Part shown: positions 19,814-28,819 of the stretch, piece by piece | Layout of the letters: the number at the start of each line of letters is the position of its first letter | Numbering within the stretch: position 1 is the stretch's first letter | Assembly (NCBI GenBank): GCA_963837955.1 | Contig: CAWIPH010000002.1 | Location: forward strand, 2,720,001 to 2,784,000 | Length of the DNA: 64,000 nt | DNA from: an uncultured Verrucomicrobiae bacterium | GTDB lineage: Bacteria; Verrucomicrobiota; Verrucomicrobiia; Chthoniobacterales; JAFAMB01 | Direction: 5' to 3' | Made by a program: the position numbers and the translations under genes | The notes under the pieces: model-generated | Told to the model about the DNA's origin: nothing | The model's database searches: none | What the model saw: the letters and a program-made list of their open reading frames with translations, nothing else

Positions 19814-20562
19814 TGCTCAATCGGTGCAACTGGCCAACGAAAGATTGCTCGAGTCGGATTAGCCTGACCGCTTACCGCAAACGTGCATTCGAAGAGTGCT
19901 GGCTTAGCGCCCGGATCGGTCCAATCAGTCTTCCATTCACGTGTGCGCCCATCGAAAAACCGCCAATTGCATTCACGCAGACCGCTGACGACGCGAACCC
20001 ACTTGGCCCGCGCTGGTTCCCCGGAATTCGCGTAGCTGATAGTCGCGTCTTCCGGCTCCTGCACCACCGCAAATGTATAGCGGCCATCCGCCTGCGGTCG
20101 GGCCGCGATCACTGTAGACCCAAACTGAGGGCCGCTCGGCGTCCAGGAAAAATGAAACGGGACCTCCAAAAAGACCAACTCCAGCGCATTTTGGAGGCGG
20201 CGCGTCTGAAACTCAGCGGTCTGCGGCATCGAATCGAAATGTTTTCGCAACAATTCGTATAAGCCGTCGGCATGCTCTTGTTCGGACTGCAAATACTGGA
20301 CGTCTGTCGTAACCCGGACCGTTGTTTGGATGATCCGAAATACCAGCACAACGACTATGGACAGGATCGCCAAGGCCAATACGACCTCCAGCAGCAAGTA
20401 GCCGGCCGCCGGTCGGCGCCTTCGGCCCGCGACCGCGACATTGCTACCGCTACTTCTGGGAGCCGGGGTCGTTCTCGGCCGGCAATCATAAATAGCCAAT
20501 AGCCTATAGCAGATATTGGCTATCGGTGATTGGCTATTGCCTATCTCTTCCAGGCGGCTCAT
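19810..20562 (-). CDS. gspJ: Minor pseudopilin GspJ-like, with a 54-aa leader
   Basis: G|YLLLEVVLAL prepilin motif; ATGA overlaps with both neighbours. Confidence 0.75.
   Translation of the reverse strand: MSRLEEIGNSQSPIANICYRLLAIYDCRPRTTPAPRSSGSNVAVAGRRRRPAAGYLLLEVVLALAILSIVVVLVFRIIQTTVRVTTDVQYLQSEQEHADGLYELLRKHFDSMPQTAEFQTRRLQNALELVFLEVPFHFSWTPSGPQFGSTVIAARPQADGRYTFAVVQEPEDATISYANSGEPARAKWVRVVSGLRECNWRFFDGRTREWKTDWTDPGAKPALFECTFAVSGQANPTRAIFRWPVAPIEQ
20490..20539. repeat. Heptamer-repeat hairpin inside the gspJ leader coding region
   Basis: aaatagccaatagcctatagc and gctatcggtgattggctattg form an inverted pair with 17/21 complementary positions. Confidence 0.7.
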
Positions 20563-20987
20563 GGCTGATAAACGATTATTTCCGCCTGGCTGGACCTCGA
20601 CTGCTTAGTTTCTTGCCAGGTCGCTCGCACTGTGATTCGCCAAAGATGGTCAAGCGGTTGGCCCTTCAAATTCGTTGCCTGCACCGGCACGACTTCACGC
20701 TGGTAGTGGACACGTTGATCTCCCATCGCGACCTCATTCTTTCCGGCGACCAGCTTGGTGGCAGAACTTTCGACCAAGATGCTCTCCAGATCGTGCCGTA
20801 CCTGTGAATCTTGTCGAAGCAGTCGGGCAGTGTCCGCTGCCTGCTGGAGCGCGGTTGTCAACGAAAGCCCCACTATGCAAAAAATAGAAAGCGCGAGCAG
20901 CATCTCCCAAAGTACAAACCCGCTTTGGCCGCTCTTATTCCCGGGCCGATCTCGGGCCCGCTCCAGAAAAGAAAACCAACTTTTCAT
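20559..20987 (-). CDS. gspI: Minor pseudopilin GspI-like
   Basis: G|FVLWEMLLAL prepilin motif and LWRITVRATW. Confidence 0.75.
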   Translation of the reverse strand: MKSWFSFLERARDRPGNKSGQSGFVLWEMLLALSIFCIVGLSLTTALQQAADTARLLRQDSQVRHDLESILVESSATKLVAGKNEVAMGDQRVHYQREVVPVQATNLKGQPLDHLWRITVRATWQETKQSRSSQAEIIVYQP

Positions 20988-21517
20988 GGGATAAACGATT
21001 CCTCGTCTTCAATGCGAGCAGTCAGCGGGTCGATCCGAAATTTGATCCAATCCCGACCACGCTGGAACAAGAAGATCAGCGGTTCGCACAAGCCGTTTGG
21101 CAAAAAGATCCAACGAGCATCAACGCTCCCTTTGAAGTCATCTTCGTTAAGTCGTTTAATGGCGAAGGTTACATCGTTAGGTAATTGGTAGTTCTCGTCC
21201 GGCCGTTGAGGTTCCGCTTTCCGGTCAGATGGCTGCAACACAAATTCGCCGTTCAGCAGCAGCAGCTGATACGATCGGTTTTCCGCGATGGCCGATCGCC
21301 TTGCTTCTTTGGCGAAACTCTGTAGCTCGCGCACGGGTCGGCGAAGTTGCTCCTCCTGGAAGAGTCGCGCGGTTGGTGGCGCTGCCACGGCGAATAGCAC
21401 CGCTACGATGAAGAGGACGAAGCAAACCTCTAACAAGGTGAATCCCGGCGCGTTCCGAGGGTGCGTGGTCATGTCGATGTTACGCGCACTACCCGCACTG
21501 CTGACGCGCCGGCTCAT
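20984..21517 (-). CDS. gspH: Minor pseudopilin GspH-like
   Basis: G|FTLLE, ARRSAI and WIFLPNG. Confidence 0.8.
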   Translation of the reverse strand: MSRRVSSAGSARNIDMTTHPRNAPGFTLLEVCFVLFIVAVLFAVAAPPTARLFQEEQLRRPVRELQSFAKEARRSAIAENRSYQLLLLNGEFVLQPSDRKAEPQRPDENYQLPNDVTFAIKRLNEDDFKGSVDARWIFLPNGLCEPLIFLFQRGRDWIKFRIDPLTARIEDEESFIP

Positions 21518-21529
21518 AAGCAGAGACGC

Positions 21530-21991
21530 CTATTGAGTACGGCGAAAGATGTTACCGTCTCCCTCTTTGCGTTGAGGTCCAAGTGAATAGACATCGATGC
21601 CGGACGGATCGCGCTTTCCAGGATTGCGGTATTGATAAGGGGTATTCCAGGGGTCAACCGGCAAACTGTCCATCAATCGAATCCAATTAGCTGGTTGGGT
21701 GCCCGTAGTTGGCGGATTCACCAACGCCTCCAATCCCTGGGCCTGATCCGGCATCTGGTTATTGCGCGCTTCGTACAGCTTTAACGCGCTATAAATATTA
21801 GCGATATCCTGCTCGGACCGTTGGATCTTAGTGACATCCAGAATGCCTGTCATCTTGATGATCACGCCACCGGCGATCACCGCAATGATAGCCACAACCA
21901 ACATGATCTCCATCAAAGTATAACCAGCACGTCGGTGCCGACGTATGCGAGCTTTTTGAGACTTCGAGCCGGCCGCGAGAGGGGATTTCAT
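21530..21991 (-). CDS. gspG: Major pseudopilin GspG
   Basis: G|YTLMEIMLVV, GLEALV, DPWNTPYQY and DVYSLGP. Confidence 0.92.
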   Translation of the reverse strand: MKSPLAAGSKSQKARIRRHRRAGYTLMEIMLVVAIIAVIAGGVIIKMTGILDVTKIQRSEQDIANIYSALKLYEARNNQMPDQAQGLEALVNPPTTGTQPANWIRLMDSLPVDPWNTPYQYRNPGKRDPSGIDVYSLGPQRKEGDGNIFRRTQ

Positions 21992-22036
21992 ACAGCGTTA
22001 CAAAGAGAAACGAAATTAATGCAAAGGCGTTTCAAG

Positions 22037-22987
22037 TCAATCAGAGGCATATTGGACCTGCAGCAAAAAGTCGCGGATAGCGATGGGGTTCCCGGCTGGA
22101 CCTTCAAATTGAAATTGATTGTCGCCGATGACCAATTGCGTTGGCGGCAAGTAAAGGGCCCCTTTTCGCCAACCTACAAATTGACCGATATTTTCCGCCC
22201 CATAACCAGGATCGGTCAGGTCCGGGACCTCAAAGGATAGCGTTCCAACCACCTGTCCGTTCAGCCAGACTTTCAATGCACCGTTGAGCGGCAAACCGTT
22301 CACCATCACCTCGATTCGAGCCCGTTTCAGGTGCGTTGGGATGGTGACCGGAAACGACACTCCGTTCTCGATCCTTTCGGCTCCATCGGTGATCGAAGTG
22401 GTCAAAATCTTCCCTTCCCAGCTATCGGCGACCGGTGTCAATCGACTACCATCTACTTCCTCCGGCGCAAACATTTTGCCTCCGTTCATCACCAACGCTC
22501 CATTTGGCGCTGAGTCCACTAACCTAACAACCCCAGGTCGAACCCAATCGATCCTCACTCGAATCACATTCAGAAATCGCGTGCTGGACTGGAGAACGAT
22601 CTTTCCAGGTCCACCCATTGTCGGCCGGCTAATCAGCAACGTCCGTTGGTTCGGCAGCCCGATATTCTCGAGTAAATTGTCGCATAGCAGCTGTCTATCT
22701 CCCTGCCCGGTTTGCCAAAAGACACTAAGATAAGCGCCGGGCTCCTCGTTAAAAACAACTGTAAGCGCTATGTCGTCATCTTCGGCCCCGGGCGTAACCG
22801 GGAAGGAAAGTTCCGCGCGATCTTTTGCCACCGCGACCGGGCGCTCACCCATCCAGGCCGGGATATCGAGCTTCGAACTCGTTGTCGGATCGAAAACGAA
22901 GGTATCGGCCGTAGCCGGATAAGGCACGATCCACAAGCCTGCCGCGAGGGCGATCAACCAAGAGCGAAGCACCACGACGTCGTTCAT
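22037..22987 (-). CDS. Hypothetical exported beta-rich protein upstream of gspG
   Basis: Long ORF with a signal-peptide-like start (MNDVVVLRSWLIALAAGLWIVPYPATA); 45 bp from gspG. Confidence 0.65.
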   Translation of the reverse strand: MNDVVVLRSWLIALAAGLWIVPYPATADTFVFDPTTSSKLDIPAWMGERPVAVAKDRAELSFPVTPGAEDDDIALTVVFNEEPGAYLSVFWQTGQGDRQLLCDNLLENIGLPNQRTLLISRPTMGGPGKIVLQSSTRFLNVIRVRIDWVRPGVVRLVDSAPNGALVMNGGKMFAPEEVDGSRLTPVADSWEGKILTTSITDGAERIENGVSFPVTIPTHLKRARIEVMVNGLPLNGALKVWLNGQVVGTLSFEVPDLTDPGYGAENIGQFVGWRKGALYLPPTQLVIGDNQFQFEGPAGNPIAIRDFLLQVQYASD

Positions 22988-23229
22988 AGTCAACTTCCTC
23001 CGCCCAGGCAAGAAAATGGCGAGTTTGTTACAATCCAAACCATCCTCAGGGGGCTTTAGGCGCAATGTGTGTCGGCTTAATACCGATACAGCGCCACCAC
23101 AGGCTATGACCACAGAGCGGGAGAATTATTCCGGGACCTCCCAAAACGGCTATGAAATTTCTGATACGCTGAACCGGCGGGCGTTTGGTCATTTTGACCT
23201 CTTCGGAAGTCCGTGTTCAGGTAAGAGCG

Positions 23230-23667
23230 ATGAACATTGTCGATCTCACCCAACGTCCACCTCGGAGCCCACGCGTAACCCTCGGCGGATATGTCCTATT
23301 ACCTCGCATGTTGGATAAAGGCCGCGCTCATCTCGCCGGCAAAGCCGGGGAATATCATTTCAACTGTCCGCTGGATCAGCGCTTCGCGGGCTTCGCTGGA
23401 TTGAAGGCTGACGATATCCTCCAGCTTTTGAAGGAAGGAAAATCAGATTCCGAGGTTCTGGCGTGGGTTCGCGAGCACAGCCAGCGATCCGACTTCGAGA
23501 TCGCGTCGTGGACGCAGTTCCAATTACAACGCGGTCCTTCCGATAACGAGGGCCGCGAATTCTTGAGCAGTACGGTCCAAGAACTCGCCCCGAATCGAGA
23601 TGACATACAAACTTTTTTCGATTTGCTTGATCTGGACGATTTTGTCTCGTTCGGCGGAGCTGCCTGA
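23230..23667 (+). CDS. DUF5069 family protein
   Basis: DLTQRPPRSP, LPRMLDKGRA, GEYHFNCPLD and FDLLDLDD. Confidence 0.85.
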   Translation: MNIVDLTQRPPRSPRVTLGGYVLLPRMLDKGRAHLAGKAGEYHFNCPLDQRFAGFAGLKADDILQLLKEGKSDSEVLAWVREHSQRSDFEIASWTQFQLQRGPSDNEGREFLSSTVQELAPNRDDIQTFFDLLDLDDFVSFGGAA

Positions 23668-23704
23668 TGGCGAGGCTGCCGCTGCGCCGGCACCCATCCT
23701 CGGT

Positions 23705-23970
23705 CGGTAGGGTCAGGCTCCCGCCCGCGGCCGCGAGACCCAACGCGGGGAGGGATCGCGTCCCCGCGATCCCTTGTGGCCGGACCCAAGCGCGTTTGTA
23801 TACCAAGGGTTAAATTGCCTCCCCCAGGTTAGAGATCGTTTTCTCGGCGCGCGGGGACGCGCGCCCTCCCGGCGATGGAGCAGGCAAACCATTCTTAAGT
23901 TGACGCGTATGGGCTCCCGCCGGACCGCATCCATGGCAGGGCAACGGACGCACAGGAGCGCGTCCTACCG
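23705..23970. repeat. Nested REP/REPIN-like palindromes (outer GGTAGG heads, inner GGGAGG heads)
   Basis: Inverted pairs 23748-23772 and 23846-23870; terminal cggtagg...cctaccg. Confidence 0.7.
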
Positions 23971-23999
23971 GCGCTGGGCCCGTCCAAGCTCAGGCATTT

Positions 24000-24647
24000 T
24001 TATGCCGCGGCACCAACCACCTCAATCAGCGGCCACAATGAATCGGAAACGAATTTCGGGCGCGCCGAAGAATCGAGCAGCGGCAGGCCCAGGCGATTAT
24101 GCCAGAAAACGGGCATCCCCACGCCCGCAGCGCCCGATAGATCGGCCGGTGAACCAGCTACGAATAATGCTTGGGCTGGCTCAACCTCCAATTCCTCCAA
24201 CGCAAGCCGATAGGTTTGCGGATGCGGTTTGTAAAAGCCGGCGCGTTCTGCCGTTACAAGGTTGGCGAATTGAATCCCAGTCTTTTCTACCGCTATCGCC
24301 CCCAACGCTTCCGAACAGTTTGTCACAACCGCAAGTACAACTCGTCGTTGCAATTCCCCAAGGACTTCTGTTGTCTCAGGCCACGGTTCGAGCTTGTTCC
24401 AAGATTGAATTAGCCGGGCCGGCCGGTCCTCTGAAATCCCTTCTGCAGCAGCAGCTTCCCGCACGATGCCATCATAGGGTCGGTAGTTCCCAGCGGCATA
24501 AGTAAGTTGAATATATCTCTTCCGCCACCGAAGACCGATCTCTTCCGACTCGGCAACCTCGTTCCATAGTTTCCAGGAATTCAGCAGAGCACTTAAGAGA
24601 TCGAAGACGACCGCTTGATAGGGAGTTCGGCTGCCGGGGTTCATCAT
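24000..24647 (-). CDS. HAD-superfamily hydrolase (haloacid dehalogenase type II-like)
   Basis: VVFDL, VVTNC, GFYKP and FVAGSPAD. Confidence 0.85.
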   Translation of the reverse strand: MMNPGSRTPYQAVVFDLLSALLNSWKLWNEVAESEEIGLRWRKRYIQLTYAAGNYRPYDGIVREAAAAEGISEDRPARLIQSWNKLEPWPETTEVLGELQRRVVLAVVTNCSEALGAIAVEKTGIQFANLVTAERAGFYKPHPQTYRLALEELEVEPAQALFVAGSPADLSGAAGVGMPVFWHNRLGLPLLDSSARPKFVSDSLWPLIEVVGAAA

Positions 24648-24691
24648 CGAATAATAGCAAATCCGACTATCGACGATTGCTCATTTCATAG

Positions 24692-25057
24692 CTACGTCTC
24701 CCCCCGGTAAACGCACCGGGCAGAAGGCGTTTCGTGAATCACGATCTCGCTCAAACCGGGACATTTCGGAGCTAGTCTTTGCCAAAACCAAGCCGCCATG
24801 AGCTCGATAGTGGGATTATCCAATCCTGGAATCTCGTTTAGATAACTGTGGTCCAACTGTTCCAGAAGCGGACTCATCGCTTCACTAATCAGCGCATGGT
24901 CATAGATCCAGCCGGTAGCCGGATCGACCTCTCCTTCCACCGAAACTTCCACCTTGAAGCTGTGCCCATGCATCTGCCGGCATTTGTGCCCTTCCGGCGC
25001 CTTTGGTAGCGTTTGCGCGGACTCGAATCGAAAATCCTTGGTTAAACGTGCTTTCAT
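24692..25057 (-). CDS. queD: 6-carboxytetrahydropterin synthase
   Basis: HKCRQMHGHSF, LDHSYLN, NPTIE and ET; ATGA overlap with queE. Confidence 0.9.
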   Translation of the reverse strand: MKARLTKDFRFESAQTLPKAPEGHKCRQMHGHSFKVEVSVEGEVDPATGWIYDHALISEAMSPLLEQLDHSYLNEIPGLDNPTIELMAAWFWQRLAPKCPGLSEIVIHETPSARCVYRGET

Positions 25058-25728
25058 ACCCCCTTGGTTTCCGGCGCCCAAATGAACTTGTGTAGTTGCA
25101 ATTGAAACCGAACCGGGAGCTTATCTGCGAGGAGCCACTCGACAATTGCGCGCGGATCAATCTTTCCAAAAACGGGAGAAAAGAGAATGGTCCCACATCG
25201 TCCAGCAAGGCCAAATTTCTCGATCTGTTCTCTCGCCCAGAGGTAGTCTTCGCGAGAACCGATCACGAATTTCACTTCGTCGCGCTCGTTCAGGTGTTCG
25301 ATGTTCTCTAACCGGTTACGGTGCGACTCACCGCTGGTCGGCGTTTTCAAATCCATGATCCGATGTACGCGCGGGTCAACGGGACTGATGTCATGCGCAC
25401 CGCTTGTCTCGATCAACACGGTCAAACCGCGATCAGCAAGTTCCCGCATCAGCGGCAACACATTCTTTTGCAGCAGCGGCTCCCCGCCGGTGATCTCGAC
25501 CAAAGGGCATTCATACGCTAGGACCTGTTCAACAATCTCCGCCAGACTGATCTTGGTGCCCTTATAAAACGCGTATGCGGTGTCGCAATAGGTGCAACGA
25601 AGGTCACAAAAGGTTAGTCGCACAAATACGCATGGCAAGCCGGCCCAAGTGCTTTCCCCTTGCACGGACTGATAGATTTCGTTGATGGTTAACGTTTGGG
25701 CGTTCACTGGAGCGATCGTCTTAACCAT
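25054..25728 (-). CDS. queE: 7-carboxy-7-deazaguanine synthase (radical SAM)
   Basis: EIYQSVQGE, FVRLTFCDLRCTYCDT, TGGEP and QLHK. Confidence 0.92.
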   Translation of the reverse strand: MVKTIAPVNAQTLTINEIYQSVQGESTWAGLPCVFVRLTFCDLRCTYCDTAYAFYKGTKISLAEIVEQVLAYECPLVEITGGEPLLQKNVLPLMRELADRGLTVLIETSGAHDISPVDPRVHRIMDLKTPTSGESHRNRLENIEHLNERDEVKFVIGSREDYLWAREQIEKFGLAGRCGTILFSPVFGKIDPRAIVEWLLADKLPVRFQLQLHKFIWAPETKGV

Positions 25729-25820
25729 CGCACCGCTTTGCGTGTTGCCAAGGAGCCGGCCTCCGCGGTCAGCCTGTCGCATCAAGCTGGCGAACCGGCG
25801 CACTACCGTCTGACCGGTCT

Positions 25821-26240
25821 TTACGCGCCACGACTCATCCGAACCCTGGGCGGGTCTCTCGGATCGATCACCAACCCCAATACGTAGGTTCCGCTAAAAT
25901 CGGATTTGAAAGTCGAACGATCGCTTAACCACCGTTTAATCTCAGCATCGGCACCCGGAAAGCCCGATGATTTGAAAACACGAGCGTCGATCGCCCGCCC
26001 GCGATCGATGGTAAGTTGAACCTGGATCGGAATTTCGTGCGGATTGCTTCCCTGCTTCGCTCTGATTTCCCTCCATACTTCCACTGATAGGAGGATTGGT
26101 TGCATAACTTTGCCGACTGTCCGGGTTTGACCAAACCCATGTTCGCTGAAAATCAAACCAATAGTCGCGATCGCGAGCGACTGGAAGGTGCGAAGAAATT
26201 GTCTGCGTTTTTGTCCAGCCGGAAAATTCCACTCATCCAC
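25821..26240 (-). CDS. Small TonB C-terminal-like protein with a possible Tat signal
   Basis: KRRQFL plus a hydrophobic stretch; VQLTID.G...ARVFKSSG...D TonB_C-like pattern. Confidence 0.5.
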   Translation of the reverse strand: MDEWNFPAGQKRRQFLRTFQSLAIATIGLIFSEHGFGQTRTVGKVMQPILLSVEVWREIRAKQGSNPHEIPIQVQLTIDRGRAIDARVFKSSGFPGADAEIKRWLSDRSTFKSDFSGTYVLGLVIDPRDPPRVRMSRGA

Positions 26241-26348
26241 GGAAAACGGTTTTGCCGGAAAAGAGCGCCGAGCTCAACAGTTAGTTTTGTTCGTTGTCCT
26301 AGCCGATGATCGTTGAATCTGAAGACGCTTTTGAACAATCATACAGCC

Positions 26349-28064
26349 ATGAAGCCTGGCGTCCTTCTTAGTCTCGTGCTTTGCGGATGTACCGTAACTT
26401 CGTTCGGTCAAGTGGATCGAATTACAGGCAAGCATTTCGCGACGCGATCCGAGGTAATTGCGGTCCACGGAATGGCAGCGACCGCCCAGCCGCTTGCCAG
26501 CCAAATCGCTATCGACATTCTGAAGCAAGGAGGGTCGGCCGTTGACGCGGCCATCGCCGCAAATGCAGCGCTCGGTCTGATGGAGCCGATCAGTTGCGGC
26601 GTCGGCGGCGATCTCTTCGCGATAGTCTGGGACGCCAAGAGCCAAAAACTCTATGGGATCAATGGAAGTGGTCACTCGCCCCTGGGCCTTTCTTATGAGC
26701 AAATGAAGTCGGAATTGGACAAGCTCGGTCTGAAGCAAATTCCGAAGTTTGGCTTTTTACCGATCAGCGTGCCAGGAACGGTCGACGCCTGGTTCGAGCT
26801 TCACCAAAAATTCGGCAAGCTTCCGATCAGTCAAGACCTGGCCCCGGCTATTCAGTACGCTGAAGAGGGCTTTCCGGTCAGCGAATTGATCGCTTACTAT
26901 TGGGGCAGGAACGTTGCGATATTGGCCAAACAGCCAGGAGCAATTCTTCAGACCTATACGGTAAACGGCAAACCTCCGGCCAAAGGCGACATCTTTCGAA
27001 ATCCCGATTTAGCCCATACCTATCGCCTTCTCGCAGAAAAGGGACGCGACGCTTTTTATAACGGCGAGGTCGCGGAAAAGATCGACGCGTTCTTTCGCGC
27101 GAACGGCGGCTATCTGCGCAAAACCGATTTTGCGGCACACCGCTCAGAATGGGTCGAGCCCGTCTCCACGAATTACCGCGGCTACGATGTCTACGAGCTT
27201 CCGCCGAATACGCAGGGTGCTACTACCCTCGAGATGCTCAATATCCTGGAGGGCTACGATCTCAAAACGATGGGTTTCGGGAAGGCTGACACTTTGCACG
27301 TGATGATTGAAGCCAAGAAGCTGGCCTTCGAAGATCGGGCACGGTCTTTTGGAGATCCGGCTTTTTCCCGAGCGCCCTTGGAAACATTGCTTTCGAAGGA
27401 ATATGCCGCTCAGCGACGAAATCTCATCGACTTGCAGCACGCTGCGCAACGCTATGACGCCGGCGTTGGAAAGCTGGCCCAAGGCGATACCACTTATTTC
27501 TGCGTAGCGGATAAGGAGGGAAACATGATCTCGATCATTCAAAGCAACTATCGTGGCATGGGTTCCGGCATCGTGGTTCCGGGTCTTGGCTTTGGGTTTC
27601 AGGATCGCGGCGAGTTGTTCACGATGGAGCTGGGTCATCCTAACGTGTATGCGCCAGGTAAGCGGCCGTTCCACACACTCATTCCCGGATTCGTCATGAA
27701 GCAAAACCAACCATGGCTTTCTTTCGGTGTAATGGGCGGCGACATGCAACCTCAGGGCCATGTCCAGGTCCTCACTAATCTGATCGATTTCGGGATGAAT
27801 CTTCAGGAAGCGGGCGACGCGCCGCGCTGGCACCATGAAGGATCTTCAGAGCCGACTGGAGAGGTTATGAACAACGGCGGGTACGTCGAAGTCGAAACTG
27901 GATTCCCGTATGAAAGCATCCGCGAATTGATGAACCGGCGACACAACGTCCGTTTCGATCTTGGTGGCTACGGCGGGTACCAGGCGATCATGCGCGACCC
28001 GGCAACCGGCGTCTACTACGGTGCCTCCGAGAGTCGTAAGGACGGCTGCGCTATCGGCTACTAG
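26349..28064 (+). CDS. ggt: Gamma-glutamyltransferase (exported)
   Basis: GGSAVDAAIA, GVGGDLF, DTT nucleophile, PGKRPFHT and GVMGG..QPQGH. Confidence 0.93.
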   Translation: MKPGVLLSLVLCGCTVTSFGQVDRITGKHFATRSEVIAVHGMAATAQPLASQIAIDILKQGGSAVDAAIAANAALGLMEPISCGVGGDLFAIVWDAKSQKLYGINGSGHSPLGLSYEQMKSELDKLGLKQIPKFGFLPISVPGTVDAWFELHQKFGKLPISQDLAPAIQYAEEGFPVSELIAYYWGRNVAILAKQPGAILQTYTVNGKPPAKGDIFRNPDLAHTYRLLAEKGRDAFYNGEVAEKIDAFFRANGGYLRKTDFAAHRSEWVEPVSTNYRGYDVYELPPNTQGATTLEMLNILEGYDLKTMGFGKADTLHVMIEAKKLAFEDRARSFGDPAFSRAPLETLLSKEYAAQRRNLIDLQHAAQRYDAGVGKLAQGDTTYFCVADKEGNMISIIQSNYRGMGSGIVVPGLGFGFQDRGELFTMELGHPNVYAPGKRPFHTLIPGFVMKQNQPWLSFGVMGGDMQPQGHVQVLTNLIDFGMNLQEAGDAPRWHHEGSSEPTGEVMNNGGYVEVETGFPYESIRELMNRRHNVRFDLGGYGGYQAIMRDPATGVYYGASESRKDGCAIGY

Positions 28065-28098
28065 AGTTGGCTGGCGATGACTCGATAGCGCCTGAATT

Positions 28099-28153
28099 AT
28101 GGAGCCTCATAGGTCACATGCGACTCATAAGTCTCATGCGACCCACGAATCCT
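28099..28153. repeat. Nonamer tandem repeat, family A copy 2
   Basis: ataggtcac atgcgactc ataagtctc atgcgaccc, in reverse orientation relative to copy 1. Confidence 0.75.
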
Positions 28154-28214
28154 ACGGCACCACCAATCAAATATGGATAACCTAATAACATGTTAATTTT
28201 CTGTTTGTTTTTTC

Positions 28215-28243
28215 TTGCCCTCTGCAAATGGATCCGCTAACAT
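28215..28243 (+). promoter_or_regulatory. Putative sigma70 promoter
   Basis: TTGCCC-17 bp-TAACAT with an AT-rich upstream tract, ahead of ORF 28286. Confidence 0.45.
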
Positions 28244-28285
28244 CTGGATTAATAAGTTCGTTCAAAATCGAAGAGATTAAATGAT

Positions 28286-28744
28286 ATGGGCGTAGAAGAA
28301 TCGCTAATCGGCGGAACCGTTAAAGCTGGAAGTCGCAAAGTCCCGGTTTTAGGTATCGCCATCGGAGCAGCGGAGACTGCCAAAAACGGATGGGACGCGA
28401 AAAGTGCTTTCAAGCGTGCTCTGGATCCTAACCGCAGCGAACAGGAGCGCATTGCAGCAATTCGAATAGCAAAAATCTACGGACGCCGCGCAATGTTCAA
28501 AGCGGGTAGCACCATCGCCGCTCAGATCCCGGGGTACGGCACAATTGCTTCATTAGCGGTGGATGGCGCGGACATCGTCTTGCGCACTATGGAAGGTGAT
28601 CCGCAGAAGATTGAGAAGCCGTCGTCAGAGAAAATAGCCAACAAGAAGAGAAGTACCGAGGCGTTCATGCAAACGATGCGTGAACAGGCAGCCAAAGAGA
28701 ATTTGCACGGTAACAATCAAACACAATCGATAAGGCAGTCATAG
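28286..28744 (+). CDS. Hypothetical (orphan-like) protein with two Gly-rich hydrophobic segments
   Basis: 152-aa ORF filling the gap, with a promoter-like upstream region. Confidence 0.65.
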   Translation: MGVEESLIGGTVKAGSRKVPVLGIAIGAAETAKNGWDAKSAFKRALDPNRSEQERIAAIRIAKIYGRRAMFKAGSTIAAQIPGYGTIASLAVDGADIVLRTMEGDPQKIEKPSSEKIANKKRSTEAFMQTMREQAAKENLHGNNQTQSIRQS

Positions 28745-28819
28745 CGTTCGATAGAATCGTGCTGAAAGGCGCTTCCTATCCCGGCCAACCAAACAAGGTT
28801 GCCACAAAATTGGGCAGCT

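Noticed and set aside
23774..24505. 243-aa plus-strand ORF and other long antisense ORFs in the track
   Set aside because: They are shadow ORFs opposite well-supported genes or running across repeats, with no recognisable motifs.
24692..25728. queE-queD as a 7-deazaguanine DNA-modification (dpd) defence island
   Set aside because: No dpdA/tgt-like gene, helicase or nuclease is nearby; ordinary queuosine biosynthesis is sufficient.
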